A stretch of DNA of 64,000 nt from Carcharhinus longimanus. Its lineage: Eukaryota. The position numbers and the translations under genes were made by a program. Under the pieces are notes generated by a model. It was not told the DNA's origin. It ran no database searches and saw only the letters and a program-made list of their open reading frames with translations. Positions 36,124 to 48,200 of the stretch are shown here, piece after piece; position 1 is the first letter of the stretch; the number at the start of each line of letters is the position of its first letter. The stretch spans positions 36,167,739 to 36,231,738 of the forward strand of contig JASCQW010000099.1 of NCBI GenBank assembly GCA_030264375.1, written 5' to 3'.

Positions 36124-39000
36124 AGTGCGAATTCTGTTCACAAACAGGGCATATAAAGAGACAAACTTAATTTACAAAATAACGGTTGGAATGCGAGTCT
36201 TTACAGGTAATCAAGTCTTAAAGGTACAGATAATGAGTGGCGAGAGGGTTAAGCACAGGTTAAAGAGATGTGTCTCCAGCCAGGACGAGAGATGTGTATT
36301 GTTTCCAGCCAGGACAGTTAGTGAGATTTTGCAAGCTCAGGCAAGTCGTGGGAGTTACAGATAGTGTGACATGAACCCAAGATACTGGTTGAGGCCATTC
36401 TCATATGTGCAGAGCTTGACTGTCAGTCTCTGCTCAGTGAATCTGCGTTGTCGTATGGGGTGAAGGCCGCCTTGGAGAATGCTTATCCGAAAATCAGAGG
36501 CCAAATGCCTATGGCCACTGAAGTGTTCCCCAACAGGAAGAAAACACTCTTGCCTGGTGATTGTCAAGTAGTGTTCATTCATCTGTTGTCATAGCATCTG
36601 CATGGTCTCTCCAATGTCCCATGCCTTGAGACATCCTTTCCTGCAGTGTATCAGGTAGACAACGTTGGCCGAGTTGCGAGTCTATGTGCCGTATAACTGG
36701 TGTTCTCACGTGAGATGATGGCATTCATGTCAATGATCCAGCACGTCTTGCAGAGGTTGCTGTGTCAGGGTTCTGTGGTGTCATGGTCACTTCTCCTGAA
36801 GGCTGGGTAGCTTGCTGCAGACAGTGGTCTGTTTGAGGTTGTGCAGTTGTTTGAAGGTAAGAAGTGGGAGTGTGGGGATGGCCTTGGCAAGATGTTTATC
36901 TTCATCAATGACATGTTGAAGGATCCGGAGAAGATGTAGTAGCCCCTCCTCTCCAGGAGGCCAACAGCGGGCATGATGAGGCAGCCAATGAGCCGACAGA
37001 TCCGCAGTGCAGTAACCGAAAAGAAAAGAGTCGAATTGGACTCCTCCGGAAGGCCGCTGCCTTCAACTTGATACGTATGCTCAAGCTGTCAGGAGATGCA
37101 TCAACACCAGATTCATCAGCCGCACTCTCAAGACAGCCCTGAACATCACCCAAGCACAACACAAAGCCATCCGCAACATTTCATCAAACCAGCAGACAAA
37201 GGAGGGGCCATCATCATAAGGAACAGAACGGATTACTGCAAAGAAGTGTACCGACAACTGAATAACGAGGAACATTACATACAGTTACCCACAGATCCGA
37301 CCAAAGAACATACCTGTCAACTCAACAGACTGATCAAGACCTTTGATCTGGACTTTCAGTGCACCGTCCATGCTCTCATTCCATGTACTCTCCGCGTTGG
37401 AGATCTCTACTGCCTCCTAAAGATACATAAGGCAAACACACCCAGCTGTCCCATCGTATCGGGCAATGGGACCCTGTGCGAGAGCCACGCCGGCTACATC
37501 AAGGGTATCCTGAAACCCATTGTACAAACAACTCCCAGTTTTTGTCGCGACACTACGGACCTCCTACAGAAACTCAGCGCGCATGGAGCAGTTGAACCAG
37601 GAGCACTCCTTGTCACAATGGATGTCTCGGCACTCTACACCAGCATCTCCCACGACGATTACGTTGCTGCAACTGCCAGTCTTCAGGTACAATTTTATAA
37701 CTCATTCGTTTCATCCTGGACCACAATGTCTTCACCTTCAACAACCAGTTTTTCATCTAAACTCACGTAACAGCCATAGTGACCAAATTTGCACCTCGAT
37801 GTGCCAACATCTTCATGCACAGGTTCAAACAAGACCTCCTCACCGTACAGGACCTTCAACTGATGCTATATACTAGCTATGTAGATGACATTTTCTTCCT
37901 TTTGGACTCATGGTGAATAATCACTGAAACAACTATATGATGACATCAACAAATTCCATCCCACCATCAGACTCGTCATGGACTACTCTCTGAAATTGGT
38001 TGGATTCTTGGACACACACATCTCCATCAAGGATGGTCACCTCAGCACTTCACTGCACCGCAAGCCCACAGATAACCTCATGATGCTCCACTTCTCCAGC
38101 TTCCATCCTAAACATGTTAAAGAAACCATTCCCTATGGACAAGCTCTCTGTATACACAGGATCTGCTCAAATGAGAGGATCGCAACAGACTCCTCCAGAC
38201 GCTGAAAGATGCCTTCATAAGAAAAGGATATGGTACTTGATTCATCCGTCGATGGTTCTGGTGCACCACACTGAAAAACACACCGACTTCCTCAGAAGAC
38301 AGACAGACATAATGGACAGAGTACCCTTCGTCGTCCAGTACTTCCCCAGAGCGGAGAAGCTACGACATCATCTCCAGAGCCTTTTAATAAGTCATTAATG
38401 AAGACGAACATCTCGCCGAGTCCATCCACACACCCCCGCTTCTTGCCTTCAAATAACTGCACAACCTTAAAATAGGCCATTGCTTGCAGCAAACTACCCA
38501 GCCTTCAGGAGAACAGTGACCACGACACCACATAACCCTGCCACAGCAACCTCTGCAAGACATGCCAGACCATTGATACGGATGCCATCATCTCACGTAA
38601 GAACACCATCCACCAGGTACATGGTACGTACTCTTGTGACTCGGCCAACATTGTCTACCTGTATGCTGCAGGAAAGGATGTCCTGAGGCACCGTATGTTG
38701 GCGAGACCATGCAGACGCTACAACAGTGGATGAATGGACACCGCTCGTCAATCACTATGTGGTTGGGAATGTGGTCAGTGCAGACTCGATGGGCCAAATG
38801 GCCTCTTTCTGCACTGTTGGACTTCTATGATTCTATGAACTGTCCTGGCTGGAGACAATTCACACCTCTTCAACCTGTGCTTCATTTTCTCTCCACTCAC
38901 ATTGTTTGCACTTGATTACCTGTTAAGACTCGCATTCCAACCATTATCTTGTAATTGAGTTTGAGTCTATATGTGCCATTTGTGAACCAAACTCTTCACT

Positions 39001-39035
39001 CACCTGATGAAGGGGCAGTGCTCTGAAAGCTTGTG
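39001..39035 (+). ncRNA. Minimal hammerhead ribozyme motif in pLTR (sense to USP34)
   Basis: CAC-CUGAUGA-A-GGGGC(AGU)GCUCU-GAAA-GC-UU-GUG; AAGCUU palindrome. Confidence 0.65.
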
Positions 39036-39122
39036 TTACCAAATAAACCTGTTGGACCTTAACCTCGTGTTGTGAGACTACTTACTGTGCCCAACCCAGT
39101 CTAACACCAGCAACTCCACATC

Positions 39123-40270
39123 CAGAATACTGAGGGAGGCAAAGAGAAGGTTGCTTGGCCCTTGGCAGAAATCTTTCATCCACATTGAAGTTCCAGAGGA
39201 ATGGAGAATAGCCAATTTTGTTCCATTGTTTAAGAAGGGCAGCAGGAAAATCCAGAAAATTATAGGCCAATGAGCCTTGTGTCTGTGCTAGAGAAATTAA
39301 TGGAAAATATTTTAAGGAACAGGATTTACTAACATTTGAAAACAAGTGGACTTATTAATAATAGACAGCATGGTTTGGTGAAGGGGAGGTTCTGCCTCAT
39401 TAACTTGATTGAGTTTTTCGAGGAAGTGATGAAGATGTTAGATGAGGGAAGGCAGTGGATGTTGTATACACGTACTTCATAGGTTTAAGGTGCATGGAGG
39501 AATGTTTAGAGGAGATGTGCGGGTCAAGTTTTTTACATAGAGGGTGGTGAATGTCTAGAATGTGCTGCCTGGGGACGTGGTGGGAGCAGACATGATAGCG
39601 TCATTTAAGGGGCAACTAGACTAGTACGTGAATAGGATGGGAATGGAAGGGTACGGACTCTGTAAGTGCATAGTTTAAGTTTAGGCAGGCAACATAGCTT
39701 GTAAGGCCTGTTTCAGTACTTTAGCCTTTAGTTTAATAAATAGTCTTTAGTAATTGTTTCATGGTGACTGGGCTGGTTGTACTGATTAAAGGTTTCATGT
39801 GACTCCTCACTCCATATCAAAAAACCAAACACCACGATGAATCCGTGCTTCAAATTGAGACACCCGTGCAGATAACATCCGCACGGTTCATGACAGTGGG
39901 ATACATTGAGAGAAAAGTATCTTGAATCTTGGGCTTTATAAATAGAGATATTGAATACAGATGTGAGAAATTCTACTGAACATTTATTAAACTCTAGTTA
40001 GGCTCTGTGTTAGTTAGGCGCTGTTAGAGCATTGTGCCCTGTCTGGTCACCACATTTTAGGGAAGATGTATCATTGAAAGGCTGCGGAAGAGATTTACCA
40101 GAATAGGTCCAGGGATTAAGGATTTTAGCTTCAATATTGGGCTGGAGAAGCTGGTGTGGAGGATAATGAGGGGAAATTTGATTGAGGCTGTGCAAGATTA
40201 TAACAAGTTTACATGAGGCAGATACAGAAAAACTGTTCCCATCAGCTGATATACAAGATCTGTAGGGATA
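39123..40270 (+). mobile_element. CR1 LINE fragments
   Basis: VPEEWRIA..VPLFKKG..NYRPxSL, QHG and 3' end remnants. Confidence 0.8.
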
Positions 40271-40301
40271 CAAAGCATTAACCTGTCTCTAGATTACTAA
40301 T

Positions 40302-41905
40302 GATGCAGAGATGCCGGCATTGGACTGGGGTAAATACAGTAAGAAGTTTCACAACACCAGGTTAAAGTCCAACAGGTTTATTTGGTAGCAAAAGCCACTG
40401 GCTTTCGGAGCGCTGCCCCTTCATCAGGTGAATGGGAGTTGTATTCACAAACAGGGCATATAAAGACACAAACATAATTTGAAAATTAATGATTAGAATG
40501 CGATCTTTACAGGTAATCAAGTCTTAAAGGTACAGACACTGTGAGTGGAGAGATCATTAAGCACAGGTTAAAGAAATGTGTATTGTCTCCATACACAACA
40601 GTTAGTGAGATTTTGCAAGTCCAGGCAAGTCATGGGGGTTACAGATAGTGTGACATGAACCCAAGATCGTGATTGAGGCCATCCTCATGTGTGCAGAATT
40701 TGACTATCAGTCTCTGTTAAGAAACTCTGCGCTGTTGTGTGTCATGAAGGCCGCCTTGGAGAACGCTTACCTGAAGATCAGGGGCCAAATGCCTGTGACC
40801 GCTGAAGTGTTCCCCAACAGGAAGAGAACACTTTTGCCTGGTGATTGTTGAGCGATGTTCATTCATCTGCTGCGGTAGCGTCTGCATGGTCTCCCTAATG
40901 TACCATGCCTTGGGACATCCTTTCCTAAAGTGTATCAGGTAGACAATGTTGGCCAAGTTCCAAAAGTATACCGTGACCTAGTGGATGGTGTTCTCACATG
41001 AGATGATGGCATCCGTATCGATGATCTGGCACGTTTTGCAGATGTTGCCATGGCAGGGTTGTGTGGAGTCGAGGCCACTGTTCTCCTGAAGGCTGGGTAG
41101 TTTGCTGCGGACAATGGTCTGTTTGAGGTTGTGCAGTTGTTTGAAGGCAGGAAGTGGGGGTGTGGAGATGGTCTTGGTGAGAAGTTCGTCTTCATCGATG
41201 AAACGTTGAAGGCTCTGGAGAAAATGTTGTAGCTTCTCCACTCCGGGGAAGCACTGGATGATGAAGTGTTTGTCTTCTGAGGAGGTCGGTGCGGTTTCTC
41301 ACTGTGGCGCATCAGAACTGTTGATCGATGAGTTGAGTACCATATCCTGTTCTTATGAAGGCATCTTTCACCGTCTGGAGGGGTCTGTTGCGATCCTCGT
41401 CATCTTAGCAGATCCTGTGTATATGGAGGGCTTGTCCATAAGGGATGGCTTCTTTAATATATTTAGGGTGGAAGTTGGAGAAGTGAAGCATCGTGCCATT
41501 CTCCATGGGCTTGTGGTACAGTGATGTGCTGAGGTGACCGTCCTTAATGAAGATGTGTGTGTCCAAGAATGCAACCGATTCTGGAGAGTAGTCCATGAGT
41601 CTGATGGTGGGAAGACTTGCTGGATTTGCAAAATCTCACTAACTGCCCTGTCTGGAGACAATACACATCTCTTTAATCTGTGCTTAATGCTCTCTCCACT
41701 CACATTGTCTGTATCTTTAAGACTTGATTACCTGTAAAGACTCTCATTCCAATCATTATTTTGTAAATTGAGTTTGTGTCTTTGTATGCCCTGTTTGTGA
41801 ATAGAACTCCCACTCACCTGACAAAAGGACAGCAAGCGCTCCGAAAACCAGTGGCTTTTGCTACCAAATAAACCTGTTGGACTTTAACCTGGTGTTGTGA
41901 GACAC
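40302..41905 (-). mobile_element. Penelope-like element, 5'-truncated, with inverted pLTR (41610-41905) and 13-bp TSD
   Basis: Minus frames FLDT..LYHKP, PCHGNICKTC, NIVYLI..WYIxET; CTAGATTACTAAT at 40289-40301 and 41906-41918. Confidence 0.93.
40396..40430 (-). ncRNA. Hammerhead-like motif with a mutated cleavage site
   Basis: CAC-CUGAUGA-A-GGGGC(AGC)GCUCC-GAAA-GC-CA-GUG (U16.1 replaced by C). Confidence 0.5.
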
Positions 41906-42164
41906 CTAGATTACTAATCCAGTGAGAATACCACAACACCACCACCTTTCCACATAGCACAATTAGTTTCTGCCAGAAATGAAGGGAACATTCACTTCTC
42001 GGTCAAACTTAGAGCCATAGGGTGGCTCGCCATGAGGAGGGGATCACATTGTTTCTATTAGTGTAACATGCAGAAAAATCACATATGTCTCGTCTAGACA
42101 AGGGCACAGAATAAACAAAGGTAAAGAAATGCTAAGTACCAGATACCATCTACATATGTTATTG

Positions 42165-42264
42165 TAGATACACACACACACAAACGCACAGTGACAGACA
42201 CATGCTCACATATACAGAGTGACACACACACAGTCAGAGTGACACGCAGATATCACACACAGTG

Positions 42265-42299
<35 letters not shown>

Positions 42300-42479
42300 C
42301 AGAGTGACACACATCTCCCCACACACAAATGCGCATCACATTCAGTAAAACCCACACACACACAGAGTGATACACATACGCACAGGGACACACACAGAAT
42401 GACACCCACACATTGACACACAGTGACAGACACATAGTGTGACACACATACACACACAGTGACACACATATACAAAGTG

Positions 42480-42514
<35 letters not shown>

Positions 42515-43790
42515 TACACACAGTGACACACCCACACACAGTGAAATGCATTACCCCCACACACACACACACACACAGTGTCACACACAATGCGACATGC
42601 ACACAGAGTGGCAAATGCACAGAGCGATACACACACACATGCACACACGCGCATACAGAGAGCGGAATTTTAACAGCATGCCAACCCTGATTCTGGGGTG
42701 GGCTCAGCTTGGAGAACGGCATTCTCCATTGGCCTCGGGCAGGATGATACGAAACATGGGAGGATGTGGCAGTAAAATTCCGCCCAGAGTGACACACACG
42801 CACACACACACACACACACACACAAATATAGTGACACACTCATACACGCACACAGTGACACACACACACAGAATAACACACGCAGTGACACACATGCACA
42901 CACACAGAGTGGCACACACAGTCTCGCACACACACAAGCACACATACAGTGACACCCATACATACACACATATACACACAGAGTGATACATGCATACACA
43001 TACATGCACAGTGACACACACACATGGTGACAGACACAGAATGACACCCATACACACATGTACAATGACAAACACACACAGTTACACACACACACAGTGG
43101 TGTGCACACACGGATACACACACAGTGACAGACACACAGTGTGACACATTCACACACACGCACAGTGATACACACACAGACACACAGTGACATACACAGT
43201 GACACTCACGCACATACACAGAAGAGTGGCACACACACACAGTAACACACACACAGAATGACACCCATACACATGCACAGCAACAATCACACAGTGACAC
43301 ACACATACACAATGTGAGACACACACAGTGACACACATACATATACACGCAGTGAACACAGAGAGTGACTCCACACAGTGACACACACACACAATGACAG
43401 ATACACAGTGTGACACACAAATGCATACATACAGTGACATACATACATGCACAAAATAACACACACACAATGACATACATACACATACACACAGTGACAC
43501 ACACAGAGTGACACCCACACAGTGACACACACACACATACACGCACACAGTGACACACACGCACAGGGTGACACAACACACATACAGTGACAAGCACCAC
43601 ACACAAATGCGCACACACACTGTGAAACACACACAGAATGACAGACAGACACACACACATGCACTCACACTTCACACACAATATGACATACACACAGAGC
43701 AGCAAACGCACAGAGTGACACACACAGAGTGACACACGCACATGCACACATACACATACACAAACACACACACGCGCACGCACACACACC
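42165..43790. repeat. Complex (CA)n satellite with interspersed CAGTGACA motifs, ~1.6 kb
   Basis: Read directly; source of the many C/V- and H/T-rich spurious ORFs. Confidence 0.95.
42660..42785. mobile_element. 126-bp MITE with 13-bp TIR and 3-bp TSD (AGA), PIF/Harbinger-like
   Basis: GAGCGGAATTTTA ... TAAAATTCCGCCC; AGA at 42657-42659 and 42786-42788. Confidence 0.8.
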
Positions 43791-44951
43791 CTTTCCTGTA
43801 CCCTATGCACATTGTCAATCTCAGATTCACTTGTTTTGTACCCATTACTAACCCCAGCTGATTGATTTGAACCCTTGAATGTACAGAAGCTATCTATAGT
43901 GTAGTGACTGCTGAATGAAGATTGCATGGGAGTGCGAGGGGATTTCACTCTGGGCGTGGGAGTAGCTCACACATTCTTCATCCCTTCGACAGTGTAAACC
44001 TGGGAGACCAGCCCACGAGGAAAGATCTGAGCTGTCAATGTACATACTACCTAACCCACAATGCTGAAAATAGCCTCTCAGCACGCACTCATTGCATGAG
44101 ATCATTTCCCCCACAGAGGAATGACGATCACACTTTGTCCAACCACAAATATCTCACTTTATTGACAGAAGTGATGAGACAGGTAATGACACACAATGAT
44201 GTTTCCAATATCTCACAAATTCTGATATTCTTTTTTCACCCTTTGGGCTGTGTTCTTCTCTCTGTTCAGTTAACCCCTGAGAATATTGGTTTCTGAAGTA
44301 GGAGACTTGCATTGGCATACCTCCCATCCCTCCAAAATCTCAACCATGTGCAGCTCCCACACTGAGTCTTGGTAAGAGTTCAGTAACACCTTGAGTTGAT
44401 TGGCTGTGAATATTCTGACTGTTTCCCTTTCTCCAAAGTTCAGGAGTTAGTCTAAGGAGCTGAGAAATTAAAAAGAACAGTTTTTAAATTTTTAGGTTTT
44501 ACTCAAACCTAATTATTTCAGTAAAGCATTTCTGTAAACCTTCCCATTGTTAAGTGGTATGAGCAGGATGGAAGTGCTGGTGAATCAGTTCAGATCTATT
44601 ATCTAATAGATAGAGAAATAGCAGGGCAGCTTGAACCCTTGAGGTGCACGACCTGTTCCACATGGGAACTCCAGGACACTTACTATTTTATGGATAACCA
44701 TTTTTGCAGTAAGTGCAGCAGCTCAGACTCTGGGTTTCAGAGCTTGAGCAGAACTGGTGTCACAGCAGAGCAACCATGAGATTGAAAACTTTGTGGGTAG
44801 CGCTTTTATGGATATGTTTGTGAATGAGGTGGAATGGGTGACCTCCAGGCAAATCCATAAAATCAAGCTGGTAGTGCAGGAGTCACCCGAGTACATCCCA
44901 CTCTCCAGCCAGAATTCTCTTCAGAAAATTGATGAAAGTGATGGTTCATCT

Positions 44952-45271
44952 GGTGAGCACAGTAAGAAGTCTGACAACACCAGGTTTAAGTCCAACCGAT
45001 TTATTTGATAGTAAACTCACAAGCTTTCAGGGTTTGNNNNNNNNNNNNNNNNNNNNNNNNNNNNNNNNNNNNNNNNNNNNNNNNNNNNNNNNNNNNNNNN
45101 NNNNNNNNNNNNNNNNNNNNNNNNNNNNNNNNNNNNTTGTGTCTTCATATGCCCTGTTTGTGAACATAACTCCCACTTACCTGATGAAGGAGCAGCACTC
45201 CGAAAGCTAATGGCTTATGCGATCAAATAAACCTGTTGGACTTTAACCTGGTGTTGTGAGACTTCTTTCTG
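44952..45271. mobile_element. Inverted pair of Penelope pLTRs flanking an assembly gap
   Basis: CAGTAAGAAGTCTGACAACACCAGG... versus ...CCTGGTGTTGTGAGACTTCTT. Confidence 0.85.
45178..45212 (+). ncRNA. Minimal hammerhead ribozyme motif in pLTR (sense to USP34)
   Basis: CUGAUGA-A-GGAG(CAGCA)CUCC-GAAA-GC-UA; helix I imperfect. Confidence 0.55.
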
Positions 45272-48200
45272 TTTTATTCCCTAGTTCAAACTAAATGGCC
45301 TCCTTTGATTCTCCTTGCAGCATATCATCCTCCTCACAACTGTGATTGTTTCTTTGAACAGTATTGCAAACCCCTCAACCTTTTTAATCCTCTTTCTATC
45401 CCATACAATTGCATAGCTGTGTAACCAGGAATGTTGAATGTTGTTCCTGTCCTTGCTTAGGCCATGTTTCAGTAATGGCTATGATATAATACTTCGAAGT
45501 ATTGTACCTTAGCGTCTGTCTTAGTCACTAGATTCCTTGCACTGAAGTATATAGTACTAACGACCGAATACCTCCTTTTGTCTATTTTCTAGCCTTTGTG
45601 TCCTTGACCTTCCATGCTTAACTTATAATTTATTGCCCTTAATTCCAGCTTTGCTGTTCTTCTTCCTGACTCTACGCTCAGATTTCCTTCCCACTGCCAG
45701 GCTAGTTTAGACCAAATTGCATAGGGGTTAGGCATCTTAAAGAGCAGCTAACAATGGTGGAACTAAGAAAGGTAGGAATTTGAAGCTCAAGTCAGAGGAA
45801 TAGATAGCTTGGGGTGGGGTAAGGGTCATTATTGGGGCAGGTTAGGCTAGACTAGGATGTCAAGGTTATTGGAGGTAAAGGTCTAAAATGATTTTAAACA
45901 GATGAGAGTTTTAACTTTACGCATTGAGTAAGGCTGTAGAAGAGCTAAAACTGAAATATTATTTAAAATTTAAATTCTGGTAGAACGAGATTCAAACTAG
46001 TAGAAGGCAAATTTAGAGTGAATGTCACAGCAATTACTTGAGCAAAGAAAGTGATCAACATATTGAATGAACTGTAGAGTAGTAACGTTGAAAATCTTGA
46101 TCTAAGAATAAATTTTGTGATGTGAAGGAGAGAATATTGGGACTTTTTGGGATGGGTAAAAAGACAAGAAAAAGCATTCCTCACCTGCAATTATATTAAG
46201 ATTGTGAAATATTGGGCTGTTACTGCTGAGCTCCAGGTTGTTGTATTGGTACCCCAATGATGTACAGGGAATCCCATTCAGGAGTTCACAGTTAAGGTTT
46301 GCACTACTGCACTGGGAACCATCCAAAAATGCAATTTTAAATCTCAAACTTCAGATGGTTTTGCCTAGGTTACCCAGAAAATGTTAGAAGAAACACCTTC
46401 TAACTTCAGGGTAACGATTGTACAGACTCGCAACAAACTTTTGCAAGAATTCCTCAATTCACAGGGGTTTTCCCCTGCTGGGCCTGACTCTCCTGTGACC
46501 CGCAGCTAGCGCTGTAAAATAGAGTGCATGGCTTCCTTCCCTTCGATAGTGCTGCACTCGATGTGAGGACACAAGGCACTGCCCAGACCTTACCAGGCAT
46601 GAGTTGGAAGGTAGGATGCGACAGGATCCCAGATAAAGAACTGGGAGCGAAGGGGCAATCCAATACTGATTACCATCCTGAGAAAGTTCAGGCCCATTGT
46701 ATCTTTAGTTGTGTTTGCTGTAATATTCTGAAAAATACTGCAGCAAGTAAGAATAATAAGCCTTGTAATTATTTTTAGATTTTAGTGTCATCCTGAGGAC
46801 AAGTAAGATCGTGGTAGCTCCTGTTAATAGCATTATCAATACAATGATTTTACATCAAGTCAGTTCTATATTTCGGACACAGCAATACAGAATGGCAAAT
46901 GAATTCTTAGTTTTGTAAATAAAATTTCCAATCTATGTTTTATTATGTATTAATTTGAAAAATAGTCCACTATATACTGTTACGAATACAAAACTACCTA
47001 GGATTTTAAAAAGATTATTTGATTTTAGTTTACAACTCAATGTATCGGTAACAGCAACATTTTTTTTCTTATCTCCTGTTCCTCTCGAGGCCGTGACTGT
47101 ATCAACTGTTGTTTCTGAAAACTTCTGCACAGGAGTTCCATGGGTAGCGATTTTGTTCTGTCCTTTTTGGAAAATCAAACCATTCAATTTGTAAACAGAA
47201 AGCTTTCACATAATACAATGAGAGGAAAAGAAAACATCATGAATGTCTACTTGTGCACCATGTGACAGACAGGCATACCTGATTTTCACTATCAGCATCC
47301 AGTTAGTACAATTATTTCATGAACTATACTAATCGAGGTTTAGAATGCAGCTCAAAGGTATTTCATTAGAGGTAATGACAGGTCTTTTTTTCTCTATTTT
47401 AACATTATATTAGAAAATTATATGCATTTGCTGCCCTATCTTCAAATTATTCTGATCCATCTGCTTGTGCTAGAGAAGTAACTCGTGATCCTTGCTGGTT
47501 TGGACAATTGTTATTTTTTCCCCTTCTATCAATAAACATTGATTTGCCCCTTTTACAATAAAATTATCATCACAATTGATGTCTTGATCAGGCTAAAGCA
47601 CCTCGAGCCAGCTTTTTTTCTGCTTGCTAACCTCTAAATCTGTAAGTAAAGGTGTTGAATGTAATTTATTGAAAAGTATCAACTGTTGTTTCTGAAAACT
47701 TCTGCAAATCTTCTCCATCATCTTCCCCCTACTGGTTTAATTGATAATCTTCTAATGGGAAAGTTGACCCTTTGTTGGCTCACATTTCTTGATAATTGTG
47801 TTTCAAAAAATCTGCCTCAATTGTCTCATTCTGTTTTGCAACTATAGTCACATCTTTCTGATCCTATGCAGTCTGGTGTCCAATAATACTTGTGTTGTTA
47901 GTATCCTTCCAATAATGCTCAAGATTGTAGATCTGAACTCATGATATCTTTCTTTCTATTACTCCCAGCCAACCTTTCCTCTATTTGCAAAATTATCTGT
48001 GCTTATCCCACCACTAAAAAGCATGATATCTCACCTGTCTAAATGCCACCTGATTGCCAGTGCATTTCAAAGCTATGGGAATCTCTGTTAACACTAATTA
48101 ATTAATTAATAATTATATTTTATTACCCTTCTTTTGATCATCAGTGTGGAGTTTCACATGAATATTCTACTGGTAGCACTTCTAGTTTTTTTTTTAATTT

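Larger units (their letters stand above)
35995..39122 (+). mobile_element. Penelope-like element (Neptune-type RT + GIY-YIG), decayed, preceded by an inverted copy of its own 3' end
   Basis: Plus strand: KPADKGG, TMDVSALYTSI, YVDDIF, FLD, RKPTD, PCHSNLCKTC, NIVYL..YVGET. Minus-strand EN + pLTR at 35995-36945. The two termini are inverted repeats. Confidence 0.93.

Noticed and set aside
36118-36126. Perfect donor CAG/GTAAGT in the antisense pLTR
   Set aside because: It is the reverse complement of the hammerhead core flank, and no matching upstream acceptor is evident.
42206-43948. Numerous Cys/Val- and His/Thr-rich ORFs
   Set aside because: Artefacts of the (CA)n/(TG)n satellite.
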